64,000 nucleotides of DNA from a candidate division WOR-3 bacterium (GTDB taxonomy: Bacteria > Hydrothermota > Tepidihabitantia > Tepidihabitantales > Tepidihabitantaceae). The translations under genes and the position numbers were made by a program. Below are positions 1 to 11,034 of the stretch, one piece after another. The notes below the pieces were generated by a model. That model worked only from the letters and a program-made list of their open reading frames with translations, did not search any database and had not been told where the DNA came from. The DNA lies in NCBI GenBank assembly GCA_965649205.1, contig CBFGJV010000008.1, positions 1 to 64,000 on the forward strand, given 5' to 3'. Position 1 is the first letter of the stretch; the number at the start of each line of letters is the position of its first letter.

Positions 1-925
1 CTATATGCAGTCGGTCATATCTGTCATAATACGGGAATAGACCGGTAATGTGGAAAGACGGCGTCGTGTCCCGTCCGTAGGCTGCCGGTGCCGCCAAAGC
101 CTGCGCTCCACCCCACGTGGCACCACCATCAGTAGAAATATAGTAGGAACCTCCTGTCGGCCCTGTAGAAGGTACTGAAGTCAAACATACTTTCTTGCTT
201 ACTTTGGACGCACCTATGCTATAGGTGGCAAAATTGAGACTGCCGCGATCCGAAGGGGCTCCTATGTTGCACCAGGTAGTGCTACGTGTAGTCCGCAACG
301 TGGTCATAGGGTTTGCATCTGCCAGCGCCATCTGTACCCAGCCGTCATTGTCTATGGCCATAGAAGGCCACAGCCCAATCGGTCCGGCACAGTACTCAAA
401 TATGCCGCCACCGGGCGCCATATCCCGGGCCAGTCCCACGTTCAAGGTGGTGCCACCGTAGTGACGACTTACAACCGCCACCCCGCTCGCTGGATCAGTT
501 CCCACACCACCAAAGCCAGAACGGTCCGTAAACACGTTCACACCCGAAGTCATGAAATCCGGATCAATCCACGTCCATGACCTCATGCCGTAATCGTAGA
601 AGTTGTATCGCATATTACGGTCTGGAAAAGCGGTGGAACTGGAAGCAGAGTACATCCACACCACATGCACACCGTAACCAGGAGCATTAGTTATCATCCG
701 CAAACATGGACCGTTGGTGCCCCAATCATAGGTAGTACCGCCAACCGTATCCATCTTACCTATGATAAACTGGGGCTGCGTTGGTTCTGATGGCGTGTTT
801 TCTACCCTCACCACCTCTTCGCTGTAAGTAACCGCTTTCTCGTCTGGCATTATGTTGATGGCGTCGAGGACGCCAGCTGCAGCCAGCGTTATTCCTGCAA
901 GCAGCACGAAAAAGGCTTTCTGCAC
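1..925 (-). CDS. Secreted protein with BNR/Asp-box motif, truncated by the window start (not in the ORF track)
   Basis: SD AAGGAGGT then GTG at 925; frame open to the window edge: MQKAFFVLLAGITLAAAG (signal peptide)...GKMDTVGGTTYDW...DRNMRYNFYD...YISTDGGATWG (Asp-box). Confidence 0.8.
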   Translation of the reverse strand, partial: MQKAFFVLLAGITLAAAGVLDAINIMPDEKAVTYSEEVVRVENTPSEPTQPQFIIGKMDTVGGTTYDWGTNGPCLRMITNAPGYGVHVVWMYSASSSTAFPDRNMRYNFYDYGMRSWTWIDPDFMTSGVNVFTDRSGFGGVGTDPASGVAVVSRHYGGTTLNVGLARDMAPGGGIFEYCAGPIGLWPSMAIDNDGWVQMALADANPMTTLRTTRSTTWCNIGAPSDRGSLNFATYSIGASKVSKKVCLTSVPSTGPTGGSYYISTDGGATWGGAQALAAPAAYGRDTTPSFHITGLFPYYDRYDRLHI

Positions 926-1033
926 GCTACCTCCTTTTTTGGTTATCGCGTGATATTTCACGTGCCGGGCCCATCCCGGCGCGCTACCAAGTGCCTTTCT
1001 AACTCCGCGGGTATTCACATATACCTCGCGTTG

Positions 1034-1061
1034 AATATAAACTCCTTACACCATTAGTCAA
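1034..1061 (-). promoter_or_regulatory. sigma70-type promoter TTGACT-N16-TATATT for the gene starting at 925
   Basis: Hexamers read at 1061-1056 and 1039-1034. Confidence 0.6.
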
Positions 1062-1170
1062 GTATCCTGAAGCAACTTATATACTACCGAGGCGCAAAGC
1101 TGCCGACAGGAAAACACTCTGTTGACACATACCGGAAGCCGATGTCAAATGTGGCTACGCAGAACCTGAT

Positions 1171-2250
1171 ATGTCGATGGTATTTATCAGCCTGAGCCTT
1201 GCCGCCAGTTCGTTAACCCTAAAAGGTCAAACATCTCTCTGGATACAAACCGCTTATGACACATCGCCAGGTGCCACGGTCGGCGCGTATTACATCCCCT
1301 CACTCACTGCCCGGTTCGGCAGCCTGGACGCAGAAATTTCTGCACACAGTCTTGCTTCTGGAACCTTACGCCCGGCTACCGGTATTGCGGGTGCGATAAA
1401 AGTAAAACCTTACCGGATATGGACACGGTTCTCATCCGCAAGGGCGGAAATCAGGGCCGGATTGCAGCAGGTGAATTTCGGCTCGGCCACGCTGCTCCGG
1501 CCCCTGCAATGGTTCGACCGGCTAGACCCACGCGATCCTCTTTCGCTTACCGATGGTGTCTATGGTTTACTTGGTCGTTACTGGTTTCAGAACAACGCCA
1601 ATATCTGGGTGTGGGGGCTTATTGGCAACAGCGTAACTAAAGGCTGGGAGACGGTTCCTTCGCCCCGCTGGTCACCGGAACTTGGCGGACGTTTTCAATT
1701 GCCGATCCCGAAGGGGGAGGCAGCCGCCTCCTATCACCGCCGGCGGACGGTCAGGAATAACGAGCAGATACCAGAGCAGGCCGAAGACAGACTGGGCTTT
1801 GACGCCAAGCTTGACATCGGACCTGGTTTGTGGTTTGAGGGAACGCTCTCCCGTATTGGGGGATGCGAAACTTCGGGAAATCCCTTTTGGCAACAGCGAA
1901 CAACGATCGGTACCGACTATACCTTCGGCCTGGGCAATGGTCTGCTTGTAATTGCCGAACATATGACAGTAAATAGCGGTGCCAAGCCTTTCCAGTTCAT
2001 TCAAACCAGCCATATTTCGGCCGTGCTCGCCAGCTATCCGCTGGGGCTGGTGGACAACCTGCGTGGCATGCTGTTCTTTGACTGGACCAGTGGCCAGCCC
2101 TATGCTTACTCTGGCTGGCAAAGGACTCTGGACCGATGGATTATCAACCTTGCTGTCTTCTGGGGCCAGACTCGGCAGGTCGTCTTGGCCCGAGTGACCA
2201 ATACTGTGCCGACCAAGAGTATGCGATTGAGCGTTGTCTTCTATCACTAG
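1171..2250 (+). CDS. Hypothetical outer-membrane beta-barrel-like protein
   Basis: N-terminal signal-like segment, GLQQVNFG...FDRLDPRDP motif, alternating aromatic strands; heads the ABC/LolA-like operon. Confidence 0.55.
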   Translation: MSMVFISLSLAASSLTLKGQTSLWIQTAYDTSPGATVGAYYIPSLTARFGSLDAEISAHSLASGTLRPATGIAGAIKVKPYRIWTRFSSARAEIRAGLQQVNFGSATLLRPLQWFDRLDPRDPLSLTDGVYGLLGRYWFQNNANIWVWGLIGNSVTKGWETVPSPRWSPELGGRFQLPIPKGEAAASYHRRRTVRNNEQIPEQAEDRLGFDAKLDIGPGLWFEGTLSRIGGCETSGNPFWQQRTTIGTDYTFGLGNGLLVIAEHMTVNSGAKPFQFIQTSHISAVLASYPLGLVDNLRGMLFFDWTSGQPYAYSGWQRTLDRWIINLAVFWGQTRQVVLARVTNTVPTKSMRLSVVFYH

Positions 2251-2268
2251 AAACTGCCGGACGGAACA

Positions 2269-2991
2269 ATGCATGACGGTGTAGTAATCAGAACCGAGAA
2301 TCTGGTAAGAAAGTTCAAGGTGGGCCGAGGCGAGTTGGTGGCGCTGAAAGAAGTAAACCTTGAGTTCTGCAAAGCCGAGTTCGCCGGTATCGTCGGTCCG
2401 TCAGGTTCTGGTAAGACTACGCTTTTGAACATCATCGGTACGCTTGACATTCCCACTTCGGGCAGCGCAACTGTACTCGGACACCGAGTTGAGCATCTCT
2501 CTGCTCCTGCGGCCGCCTCCCTGCGCACCCGCTCAATCGGCTTCATCTTCCAGACCTTCAACCTGTTCCCGGTCTATACCGCCTACGAGAACGTAGAGTT
2601 CCCCCTCTTGCTCCTCAGAGTGCCAGCCGCTAAGCGCCGCAAGGCGGTTCTGGACGCGCTTGATTGGGTCGGCCTGGCGGACCGAGCCGACGCCCGCCCG
2701 GCACAACTGTCTGGTGGCGAATGCCAGCGCGTAGCGATTGCCCGTGCCGTGGTCAAACGGCCGGAAATCGTGTTGGCCGACGAACCTACCGCCAACCTTG
2801 ATGCCGAGAACTCGCACCACATCCTCAAAACCATGGTGGAGCTCAATCGTAACCTCGGCACCACCTTTATCTTTTCCACCCACGACGAAAAGGTCATCCA
2901 CTACCTCCGGCGCAAGATTACGCTGGAAGACGGCCGCGTGGCTGCAGACGAACAGACCAGCACCACAAATCAGACTGCGAACCGACTATGA
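2269..2991 (+). CDS. ABC transporter ATP-binding protein (LolD/MacB-type)
   Basis: Walker A GPSGSGKT, signature LSGGE, Walker B VLADEPT, H-loop STHD. Confidence 0.95.
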   Translation: MHDGVVIRTENLVRKFKVGRGELVALKEVNLEFCKAEFAGIVGPSGSGKTTLLNIIGTLDIPTSGSATVLGHRVEHLSAPAAASLRTRSIGFIFQTFNLFPVYTAYENVEFPLLLLRVPAAKRRKAVLDALDWVGLADRADARPAQLSGGECQRVAIARAVVKRPEIVLADEPTANLDAENSHHILKTMVELNRNLGTTFIFSTHDEKVIHYLRRKITLEDGRVAADEQTSTTNQTANRL

Positions 2992-4166
2992 TTCTTCTCC
3001 GTCTCGCCGTGCGCAATCTGCGGGGCGCAGGAATAAAAACTTTACTGAACGGTCTGGCGTTATCCTTTGCCTTTGTCGCCATAATCCTCGGCCAAAGTTT
3101 GCTTACGGGCATGAACAAACAGGCTGAAGACGCTTCGGTGACCTGGGAGTATGGCGGCGGACAGTTCTGGCAGAAAAACTACGACCCGTACGACCCTCTG
3201 AGTCTTGACCGCAGCCATGCGGCTTTGCCCGAAGCACTTACCCGGCTGGTCGATGCAGGACTGGCAACGCCAATTCTTGTGCTCCCGGGCACTATCTACC
3301 CCCAGGTTCGGTTGCTACCCGCACTCCTGAAGGGCATCGCACCTGCGCAAAAAGTACTGGCAATTCCATCCTGGGCTTTGGCCGACACCTCTGTTGAACT
3401 ACCCGTGGTCATTGGTGCGCGCATGGCCCGTGCGGCCGGTCTGGAACCGGGAAACTACGTTACCGTACAGTGGCGCGACCGAACTGGCGCATTTGATGCC
3501 CGCGAAGCGCGAGTCGTGCATATCTTCGAAACAAGCGTCACCACTGTAGACATGGGTCAGGTATGGCTTCCGCTTGACCGACTGCAGAAACTGACCGGAA
3601 TGGAAAACGAGGCTACGCTCGTCGTCCTACAAAAACAGTTGTCCAGAACCCTTGTAGCGAAGCACGCGGACGGATGGATTTTCCGTAATCTGGAATTCCT
3701 CCTTTCCGACCTGCGCCAGGTGGTCCGATCCAAGACTGCAGGTCAGTCCATTATGTTCTGCATACTCTTTCTTTTAGCTATGTTGGCGATTTTCGACACT
3801 CAGGTACTGTCGGTATTCCGCCGTCGTCGAGAAATAGGAATGCTCATTGCTCTAGGTATGACTCGGGGACAGGTCATCACCCTGTTCACACTCGAAGGCA
3901 GTCTCTATGGCATTCTAGCAGTAGTTCTTGGCGCTGTTTACGGTACCCCGCTGTTCATTTATCTGAACCGGCACGGCCTAGCCTTACCCGGTGCTGAAAG
4001 TTGGGGTCTGGCTATGTCCGACACCCTTTACCCGGCCTATACCGCCAAACTCATTCTGGGCACCACCCTGCTGGTCTTGGTAGCCGCCACATTTGTTTCT
4101 TGGCTGCCTGCTCGCCAGATTGCCAAACTAACCCCCGTTGCTGCGCTGTCAACCAGAACAACGTGA
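2988..4166 (+). CDS. ABC transporter permease, FtsX/LolE family
   Basis: N-terminal TM, periplasmic domain, RRREIGMLIALGM motif, C-terminal TMs. Confidence 0.9.
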   Translation: MILLRLAVRNLRGAGIKTLLNGLALSFAFVAIILGQSLLTGMNKQAEDASVTWEYGGGQFWQKNYDPYDPLSLDRSHAALPEALTRLVDAGLATPILVLPGTIYPQVRLLPALLKGIAPAQKVLAIPSWALADTSVELPVVIGARMARAAGLEPGNYVTVQWRDRTGAFDAREARVVHIFETSVTTVDMGQVWLPLDRLQKLTGMENEATLVVLQKQLSRTLVAKHADGWIFRNLEFLLSDLRQVVRSKTAGQSIMFCILFLLAMLAIFDTQVLSVFRRRREIGMLIALGMTRGQVITLFTLEGSLYGILAVVLGAVYGTPLFIYLNRHGLALPGAESWGLAMSDTLYPAYTAKLILGTTLLVLVAATFVSWLPARQIAKLTPVAALSTRTT

Positions 4167-5431
4167 TTCGCTTCCTTGTCAAAGGCCTGTTACGCGACCG
4201 CTCTCGCAGCCTGTTCCCTTTCCTTACCGTAACCATCGGCGTATCGCTCACGGTATTTCTGGACGCCTACATCCGCGGGGCTGCGGACGGAATGTTCCGC
4301 ACTACCGCAACATTCCTCTCCGGCCATGTCCGGGTCACAACCCGCGCCCGTTCCCGGGAAAGCAGTTACGCCACCAACGAACTAGCACTCCTTGGGGTTG
4401 ATAAACTGCTGTCAGAATTGAGGGGCGACTTCCCGGACGTTGTCTGGACACCCCGCATCCGTTTCAGCGGACTAGTGGACATACCGGATTCGGCCGGACT
4501 CACCCGTGCCCAAGCGTCAGTAACAGGCATGGCCATTGACCTGTCCGCATCCAGTCCAGAACGAAATCTGCTCAAACTTGACGCGGCACTTGTGCGTGGC
4601 CGCCTTCCGGTTTCACCGTCCGAACTTCTCGTCCCCGAAGAGTTCGCCCGGCGGCTGGATATATCCCCGGGCGAGAAACTGACCTTGATTACCTCTACCA
4701 TGCACGGTTCTCTCTCGGCGACCAACTTCACCCTTGCCAGCACGGTTCAATTCGGCGTAACCGCGTTTGACCGCAGCTTACTCCTGGCTGACATTCGCGG
4801 CATCCGGCACGCTCTAGACATGGAGGATGCGGCCGACGAAATACTCGGTTTCCAACCTCGGGGGCAATACGACGAACCGGCAGCAATGCAGATAGCTGCG
4901 CGCTTCAATGCCCGCCACCACAAAGAAGACGAATTCGCGCCGGTAATGGAGCCGCTCCGCACCGCGAGCGGCATGGCCGGACTCATTGACACAATGAACA
5001 TCGCCAGCACACTCATTTCTGCCGTCTTTATCCTGGCTATGGCCATCGTTCTATGGAACGCCGGTCTCGTGGGCTCATTGCGTCGCTACGGTGAAATCGG
5101 GCTCCGACTGGCCCTGGGCGAATCCAAATCTAGGGTGTACGTAACGTTACTCGCCGAATCTTTTTTCCTCGGTTTGACTGGGTCAACTACCGGCACCCTG
5201 CTTGGCCTCGCCGTCAGCTACTACCTTCAAGAAACCGGCATCAACATCGCCAGCATGATGCGGAACGCAACCATCGTCATGGACGATGTGATACGCGCCC
5301 GTATTGCCGCCCCAACCTTTTTCATCGGTTTCCTGCCCGGACTTTTCGCCACCTTTCTCGGCGCGGCTGTTTCCGGCCTGGGAGTTTTTAAACGCAAGAC
5401 CGCGGCTCTGATGAAAGAACTCTCTAAATGA
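4163..5431 (+). CDS. ABC transporter permease, FtsX/LolE family (second subunit)
   Basis: GTG at 4163 overlaps the previous TGA; RRYGEIGLRLALGE motif. Confidence 0.9.
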   Translation: MIRFLVKGLLRDRSRSLFPFLTVTIGVSLTVFLDAYIRGAADGMFRTTATFLSGHVRVTTRARSRESSYATNELALLGVDKLLSELRGDFPDVVWTPRIRFSGLVDIPDSAGLTRAQASVTGMAIDLSASSPERNLLKLDAALVRGRLPVSPSELLVPEEFARRLDISPGEKLTLITSTMHGSLSATNFTLASTVQFGVTAFDRSLLLADIRGIRHALDMEDAADEILGFQPRGQYDEPAAMQIAARFNARHHKEDEFAPVMEPLRTASGMAGLIDTMNIASTLISAVFILAMAIVLWNAGLVGSLRRYGEIGLRLALGESKSRVYVTLLAESFFLGLTGSTTGTLLGLAVSYYLQETGINIASMMRNATIVMDDVIRARIAAPTFFIGFLPGLFATFLGAAVSGLGVFKRKTAALMKELSK

Positions 5432-6171
5432 AACCATATTCTGCCGGAGCCGGCGGCCTGCTCGTCTTGTGTGCCTTCTGTCTTGCCGCTCTTCCTGATG
5501 GCGACTCGCTCCTTGCCCACGTGGATGCAAATGCTTTTGCCCAGAACAAGGTTGTGTTCGCCCGTATGACCATTCACGGCCGCCGCAGCAGCCGCACCAT
5601 CAGCACCATGTCCTACATCAGCGGCACCGACCGGGCTTTTACCGAATACCTGGCTCCAGAACGGGACCGAGGCACCAAGATGCTGAAGCTCGGCAAGGAA
5701 CTCTGGATTTACTCCCCGGAATCTGACCGGATAATAAAGCTCTCCAGCCATATGCTACGGCAGCCCGTGTCTGGTTCTGACCTTTCCTATGAAGATATGC
5801 TGGAAGACCCCCGACTTACCAGTCAGTACTGTGCCCAAACAACCGGTCTAGACACAATACTGGCCAGACCGGCTTGGAAACTAGAATTAACCGCAAAAAA
5901 GCCAGACGTCGCCTATTCGCGACGTACACTCTGGATTGATAAAGAACTGCACCTAGTACTCAGGGAAGACCGCTTTTCCCGAAGTGGTATTCTGCTCAAA
6001 ACCCTGGAAGCCAAATCGCTGCGCCGTGTTGACGGCCGCTGGGTGGCTGACCGCGTCATTTTCCGTGACGCACTGAAACAAAGTGGCGGTACTGAAATCG
6101 TACTTGATTCCATCCGTTTCAACGCGCAAATACCCGCATTTTTATTCTCCAAGGCGGCACTCCGAAAATAG
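5428..6171 (+). CDS. Outer-membrane lipoprotein-sorting (LolA-like) protein
   Basis: Signal peptide; GTKMLK..LWIYSP, GSDLSYED, YSRRTLWIDK motifs. Confidence 0.85.
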   Translation: MKPYSAGAGGLLVLCAFCLAALPDGDSLLAHVDANAFAQNKVVFARMTIHGRRSSRTISTMSYISGTDRAFTEYLAPERDRGTKMLKLGKELWIYSPESDRIIKLSSHMLRQPVSGSDLSYEDMLEDPRLTSQYCAQTTGLDTILARPAWKLELTAKKPDVAYSRRTLWIDKELHLVLREDRFSRSGILLKTLEAKSLRRVDGRWVADRVIFRDALKQSGGTEIVLDSIRFNAQIPAFLFSKAALRK

Positions 6172-6440
6172 ATACTGACCACCCGCTTCTCTGTTGGAGG
6201 AAAGTTCTCTCTACTCCTCCCAGACAGACTACCACCGGCCAGGCACCCCCTCCCTCTGCCTGCCTGTGTACCCCCCGCACCAACTCCGCCACTAACGCGG
6301 TTTCCGCAACTCTGGCCCCCTTCTCACTCCCCGTACAAATTTGCACCCGATACAACACTCGCCATCCGATACCCCTCAACCTGCATAACCCCGCCCCGCA
6401 CACCGCCCCAGACCGTTGGGGGAGTCACTCCCCCACCTAG
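6172..6440. repeat. Degenerate C-rich intergenic element with partial 12-nt periodicity, ending in palindrome TGGGGGAGT-C-ACTCCCCCA
   Basis: Shares CCCTCTGCCTGCC-N4-TACCCC (6252-6274) with 34685-34707; palindrome at 6417-6435. Confidence 0.5.
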
Positions 6441-6700
6441 TGAACCAAAAAACGACTCCGCAGACTTGTTAGCATTCAACACGAACTACTTACAAATTAC
6501 CGCATATACGCATATAACTATTTACAAATGTATATATTAACCCTGTTTTATTGGGTTGGGTGGTGGTAATAGCTTGTAAATTCAGGTGTTATATAGTACG
6601 TGTGCCCTGCGAAGGCGTCATCTTGAGAATGGTTTCGGGAATCGACCCATGCTCAATGAAGAACATAGCTTGGCATCTGGGCTTCCTAAAGATTATTAGA

Positions 6701-7381
6701 TTATTCTGCCGGACATTTCAGCACAATGTGCACTAGGTCTGCAAAACATGAGATTAGAAAATCCGGCTGGTAAGAAACAAGGAAAGGCGCAGGCCGGAAT
6801 CCGCAGGTCACCGCGCAAGAAGCAATGCCGGCATTCTTGGCAGTAAGTATGTCCTGTTCTGTGTCGCCCACCATAATCGCCTGATCCGGTTCTGTCTTAA
6901 GTGCCGCGAGCGTAGAAAGTGCCGGCTCCGGATCTGGCTTGTGCTTTCTGCCCTCTTCCCAGCCTCGTACAAAATGGAAAAAGGGCAGAAGGCCGGTTTT
7001 TCTCAAAACCAGCTCGGCTTGATGCTGATGTTTGGTGGTAACCACTGCCAGCTTTACGCCCGCCTCTGCCAGTAGTTGCAATACCTCGCTGACATATGGG
7101 TAGGGCCGAGTGGTATCGGTAAGATGCAAAGCGTAGTGGTCCCTATAAGCAGTAATAAACTTTTGTATCTTTTCGGGCTGAGCCGGATATCCCAGATTTA
7201 CATAGACCGTCTCCAAAGGTTTACCTGTTTCCGCCAGAATAGCCTCTGCTTCGGGGGGCTGACGGGTGTCTACGAGCGAAAGGGCGTACTGAGTGGACGC
7301 TACAATATCACGCGCCGAGTCCAGTAAAGTACCATCCAGATCAAAAAGTGCGGCCGCATATCTTTGGGTGGCCGACCTCAT
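6701..7381 (-). CDS. HAD-superfamily hydrolase (phosphoglycolate phosphatase/PpaX-like)
   Basis: FDLDGTL motif I, VTTK, KPDP, GDTEQD. Confidence 0.9.
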   Translation of the reverse strand: MRSATQRYAAALFDLDGTLLDSARDIVASTQYALSLVDTRQPPEAEAILAETGKPLETVYVNLGYPAQPEKIQKFITAYRDHYALHLTDTTRPYPYVSEVLQLLAEAGVKLAVVTTKHQHQAELVLRKTGLLPFFHFVRGWEEGRKHKPDPEPALSTLAALKTEPDQAIMVGDTEQDILTAKNAGIASCAVTCGFRPAPFLVSYQPDFLISCFADLVHIVLKCPAE

Positions 7382-8769
7382 TTTCCGGCCCGATGGTACT
7401 TGTCAAGATAAGAATCCCTCACCCGCTTCAGTTCTGCGCGAGGAAACACAGAAAGTAATTCCCAGCCCAGATTCAAGGTTTGTTCAATAGTGCGATTTTC
7501 AAATTCGCCTTGGGATATGTAACGTTGCTCAAATTCGCGAGCAAATTGCAGATACAGCCTATCCATCTCTGTAAGCGCAGCCGCACCCAGAATTACCTGT
7601 AATTCTTCTGCCTCCTTGCCCCGGGCATAGCACGCATACAGCTGATTGAACAAATCTGCGTGGTCTTCCCGCGTTTTGCCTGGACCGATACCTCTATCCT
7701 TCAGGCGCGAGAGCGAAGGTAACACGTCAATGGGCGGAGAAACGCCTCGCCGGTGCATAGGTCGAGAGAGAATTATCTGACCTTCTGTAATGTAGCCCGT
7801 AAGGTCAGGAATAGGATGGGTCTTGTCGTCTTCCGGCATCGTAAGCACAGGCACAAGCGTAATAGAGCCGGGGCGTCCCTTAATACGACCGCAGCGTTCG
7901 TAAAGAGTGGACAGGTCCGTGTAAAGGTAACCCGGAAATCCTCTGCGGCCGGGAATTTCCTTTCTGGCTGCCGACACTTCGCGCAAAGCCTCACAGTAAT
8001 TTGTCATATCGGTCAACACTACCAGCACGTGCATTCCTCGGTCAAACGCCAAATATTCAGCTGCGGTCAGGGCCGTGCGGGGTGCGGCAGTCCGCTCTAT
8101 TACTGGCTCATCTGCCAGATTGAGAAAGACCACCGTGCGTTCCAGAGCGCCGGATTCCGTGAAGTTCTGAACAAAGAAGTCCGCTTCCTCAAAGGTTATA
8201 CCCATGGCGCAGAATACGACGGCAAACTCCGAAGTGGCTGATTCACCTGATTTCTGCAGTACCGTTGCCTGACGCACGATTTGTGCGGCCAGGCGGTTGT
8301 GCGGTAACCCGGTGCCGGAGAATATGGGCAGTTTCTGACCCCGCACCAAGGTATTGAGCCCATCAATTGCTGAAATGCCGGTCTGAATAAATTCGTTTGG
8401 ATAATCGCGCGCATAGGGATTAATGGGGGCTCCATTTATATCCCTTTCTTCTTCAGGTATCACGGGCGGCCCGCCGTCACGCGGACGGCCCAGACCATTG
8501 AACACGCGTCCCAGAATATCGGGAGACAACGCCACGGTAATGCCCCGAGCCAGAAACCTCACCCGGGCTTGAGGTACATTTAATCCAGAACTCCCCTCAA
8601 ACACCTGAATGAGCGCCCGGTCCCGGTCTGCTTCCAGCACCTGCCCCCGTCTTGTTTCTCCTGTGGGCAGGGTAATCTCGACAAGTTCCTGATACTTCAC
8701 TCCGTCCACTCCTTCCACAAGCAGAAGGGGACCAGAAATGGATACGACTGTCTGATACTCTTTTATCAT
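7378..8769 (-). CDS. atpB: V/A-type ATP synthase subunit B
   Basis: [53 protein letters not shown]. Confidence 0.97.
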   Translation of the reverse strand: MIKEYQTVVSISGPLLLVEGVDGVKYQELVEITLPTGETRRGQVLEADRDRALIQVFEGSSGLNVPQARVRFLARGITVALSPDILGRVFNGLGRPRDGGPPVIPEEERDINGAPINPYARDYPNEFIQTGISAIDGLNTLVRGQKLPIFSGTGLPHNRLAAQIVRQATVLQKSGESATSEFAVVFCAMGITFEEADFFVQNFTESGALERTVVFLNLADEPVIERTAAPRTALTAAEYLAFDRGMHVLVVLTDMTNYCEALREVSAARKEIPGRRGFPGYLYTDLSTLYERCGRIKGRPGSITLVPVLTMPEDDKTHPIPDLTGYITEGQIILSRPMHRRGVSPPIDVLPSLSRLKDRGIGPGKTREDHADLFNQLYACYARGKEAEELQVILGAAALTEMDRLYLQFAREFEQRYISQGEFENRTIEQTLNLGWELLSVFPRAELKRVRDSYLDKYHRAGK

Positions 8770-10622
8770 TGTGTTTTCGCTTTCATGTCCACGCTGGTAG
8801 CCGCCTCCAGTTCTGCCAGAGGCGCATATTTCATTCGGGCCAGTTTTTCTCGTAGCGGATGCTTTTCTATCTGTTCAATATCTGCTCCCCGCTCCAGAGC
8901 TTCCTGAGCCTGATGGTAGAAAGACAATATGGCCGAAAGCATGCGGGCCTGTTTGCTGACCGGCGAGTAGGTATCTACATCGTGGAATGCGTTCTGGTGT
9001 AGAAAATCCTCTCGCAAGGACCGGGCTGTTTCCATTATCAACCGGTCGGGCGCAGACAGAGAATCCTTGCCCACCAGCCTGACAATTTCCTGCAGTTCCG
9101 CCTCTTTTTCCAAGATAGCCATAGCCTCTGCCGCATTACGGGCAAAGTCACTTCCTGCCATTCGTGCAAAAGCAGGAGCGGTGGCAGTGGAGTAGAGCGA
9201 ATAGGAATTGAGCCAGGATATGGCTGGAAAGTGCCGCTGGAATGCCAGTTTGTCTTCTAAAGACCAGAACACCTTCACCACACGCAGGGTCGCCTGCACC
9301 ACCGGGTCATTTAGGTCACCGCCAGGGGGAGAAACTGAACCTACCACCGTAAGGGTACCTTCACGCGCCGGCTGCTCAGACCCCAAACATACCACTCTAC
9401 CGGCCCGCTCGTAAAACTCGGCGATACGCGAAGCTAGATAAGCCGGATATCCCTCTTCTCCCGGCATCTCTTCCATCCGGCCTGATATTTCTCTCATTGC
9501 CTCAGCCCAGCGGGAAGTAGAATCTGCCTGCAGAGCCACATCATATCCCATGTCCCGGAAATACTCACCGATGGTAATTCCGGTATATACAGATGCTTCC
9601 CGGGCAGCAACCGGCATATTGGATGTATTCGCCACCAATACTGTCCGTTTCATCAGAGGTTCGCCCGACTTCGGGTCCTTGAGTTCGGGAAACTCCTGCA
9701 GCACATCGGTCATTTCATTGCCCCGCTCGCCACAGCCCACAAAGATGATTATCTGCGCGTCTGACCATTTGGCGAACTGGTGCTGAATTACAGTTTTACC
9801 CGAACCGAATGGCCCGGGTACACAGGCGGTCCCTCCCCGCGCAATAGGGAAAAAGGTATCTATCACGCGCTGCCCGGTTACAAGCGGTTCGACTGGGGGC
9901 AACTTACGCACCACCGGCCGTGGCCGACGTACCGGCCAGCGCTGCATCATTGTGACCGGTATGCGTTTCTTCTGACCTTCCTCTTCAGCCCCCAGAACGC
10001 AAACTGTATCCGTGACTGTGAATTCGCCTTCTTTTATCTCCAATACCCTGCCTCTGGTTCCCGGCGGCACCATTACTTTGTGCACTACCAGTACAGTTTC
10101 TTGCACCGTGCCCAGAATATCCCCGGGTACTACACTCTCACCCTTCTTGACCGCTGGTTGAAAATGCCATTTCCGCTTCCGGTCTAGTGCGGGCAATTCA
10201 ATCCCTCGGCTGATGAAATCTCCAGCTGCAGCCCGAATCAGGTCCAAAGGTCGCTGGATACCATCATAGATAGAGGTAATGAGTCCTGGCCCCAGCTCCA
10301 CGCTCAGCGGTTCGTAGGTAGGAAATACCGGGTCACCCGGACCGATGCCAGCTGTTTCTTCATACACCTGGATTGAAGCCCGGTCTGCCTCCAACCCGAT
10401 AATTTCGCCTAAGAGTCGCTGCTCGCCCACCTTGACCACATCATACATCTTGGACCCGCTCATTCCTTCAGCCACTATCAACGGTCCCGAAACTTTAAGA
10501 ATAGTGCCAACTCGGGTTTCTCTACCTGTAGAAGTGACTTCCACCTTACTTTCCTGTTTCTTCCGGCTTCTGTTTCCTGCTCCGGTTCTTGCTTTCTGAC
10601 CTTTGTCTTGTTTGTTTTTCAC
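8766..10622 (-). CDS. atpA: V/A-type ATP synthase subunit A
   Basis: P-loop [34 protein letters not shown]. Confidence 0.97.
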   Translation of the reverse strand: MKNKQDKGQKARTGAGNRSRKKQESKVEVTSTGRETRVGTILKVSGPLIVAEGMSGSKMYDVVKVGEQRLLGEIIGLEADRASIQVYEETAGIGPGDPVFPTYEPLSVELGPGLITSIYDGIQRPLDLIRAAAGDFISRGIELPALDRKRKWHFQPAVKKGESVVPGDILGTVQETVLVVHKVMVPPGTRGRVLEIKEGEFTVTDTVCVLGAEEEGQKKRIPVTMMQRWPVRRPRPVVRKLPPVEPLVTGQRVIDTFFPIARGGTACVPGPFGSGKTVIQHQFAKWSDAQIIIFVGCGERGNEMTDVLQEFPELKDPKSGEPLMKRTVLVANTSNMPVAAREASVYTGITIGEYFRDMGYDVALQADSTSRWAEAMREISGRMEEMPGEEGYPAYLASRIAEFYERAGRVVCLGSEQPAREGTLTVVGSVSPPGGDLNDPVVQATLRVVKVFWSLEDKLAFQRHFPAISWLNSYSLYSTATAPAFARMAGSDFARNAAEAMAILEKEAELQEIVRLVGKDSLSAPDRLIMETARSLREDFLHQNAFHDVDTYSPVSKQARMLSAILSFYHQAQEALERGADIEQIEKHPLREKLARMKYAPLAELEAATSVDMKAKTQ

Positions 10623-10683
10623 TCTTTCCTCTCGCCTCTAGTATAATATTATCTCCTATGTTCATCCCGCCTTTCATGGGCTA

Positions 10684-11034
10684 TTAGTTTCGTTCCTGAC
10701 CGAATACGTCCGTACCCACTGCCCGGCGCACCAGCTCCTTGAGTCTGCGCAAACTGCTTTCTCTTATTTTTCCTGCCTCGGGCAATGCCACCAGACACGG
10801 CACGGCTGATTTCCGATATCGCTCCAGGAGGGGAGCCAGAGCTGCGGCCAAGTCTTCGGTAAAGAATATCACCCGAAACCCGGCCTCCACTAAACTTTCC
10901 GCCTTCTCCCGCGCCTGCTCGTCTGTAGAAACGTGATAGGCACGCAGCCCCAGCGCGGCTAGGGCCTGTACCGCCGGCCCGCTGCCCAGCACCGCTATCT
11001 GACCACTGTCTCGGGATATTTCTTCTGGTCTCAT
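10684..11034 (-). CDS. V/A-type ATP synthase subunit F
   Basis: IAVLG..., LKELVRRAVGTD; position between C and A; ATG at 11034 overlaps the C stop. Confidence 0.85.
   Translation of the reverse strand: MRPEEISRDSGQIAVLGSGPAVQALAALGLRAYHVSTDEQAREKAESLVEAGFRVIFFTEDLAAALAPLLERYRKSAVPCLVALPEAGKIRESSLRRLKELVRRAVGTDVFGQERN

Noticed and set aside
955..966. parS-like TTTCACGTG
   Set aside because: Only a half site
1122..1148. Inverted TTGACA...TGTCAA as an operator
   Set aside because: Could simply be -35-like hexamers; no good -10 and no regulator to assign
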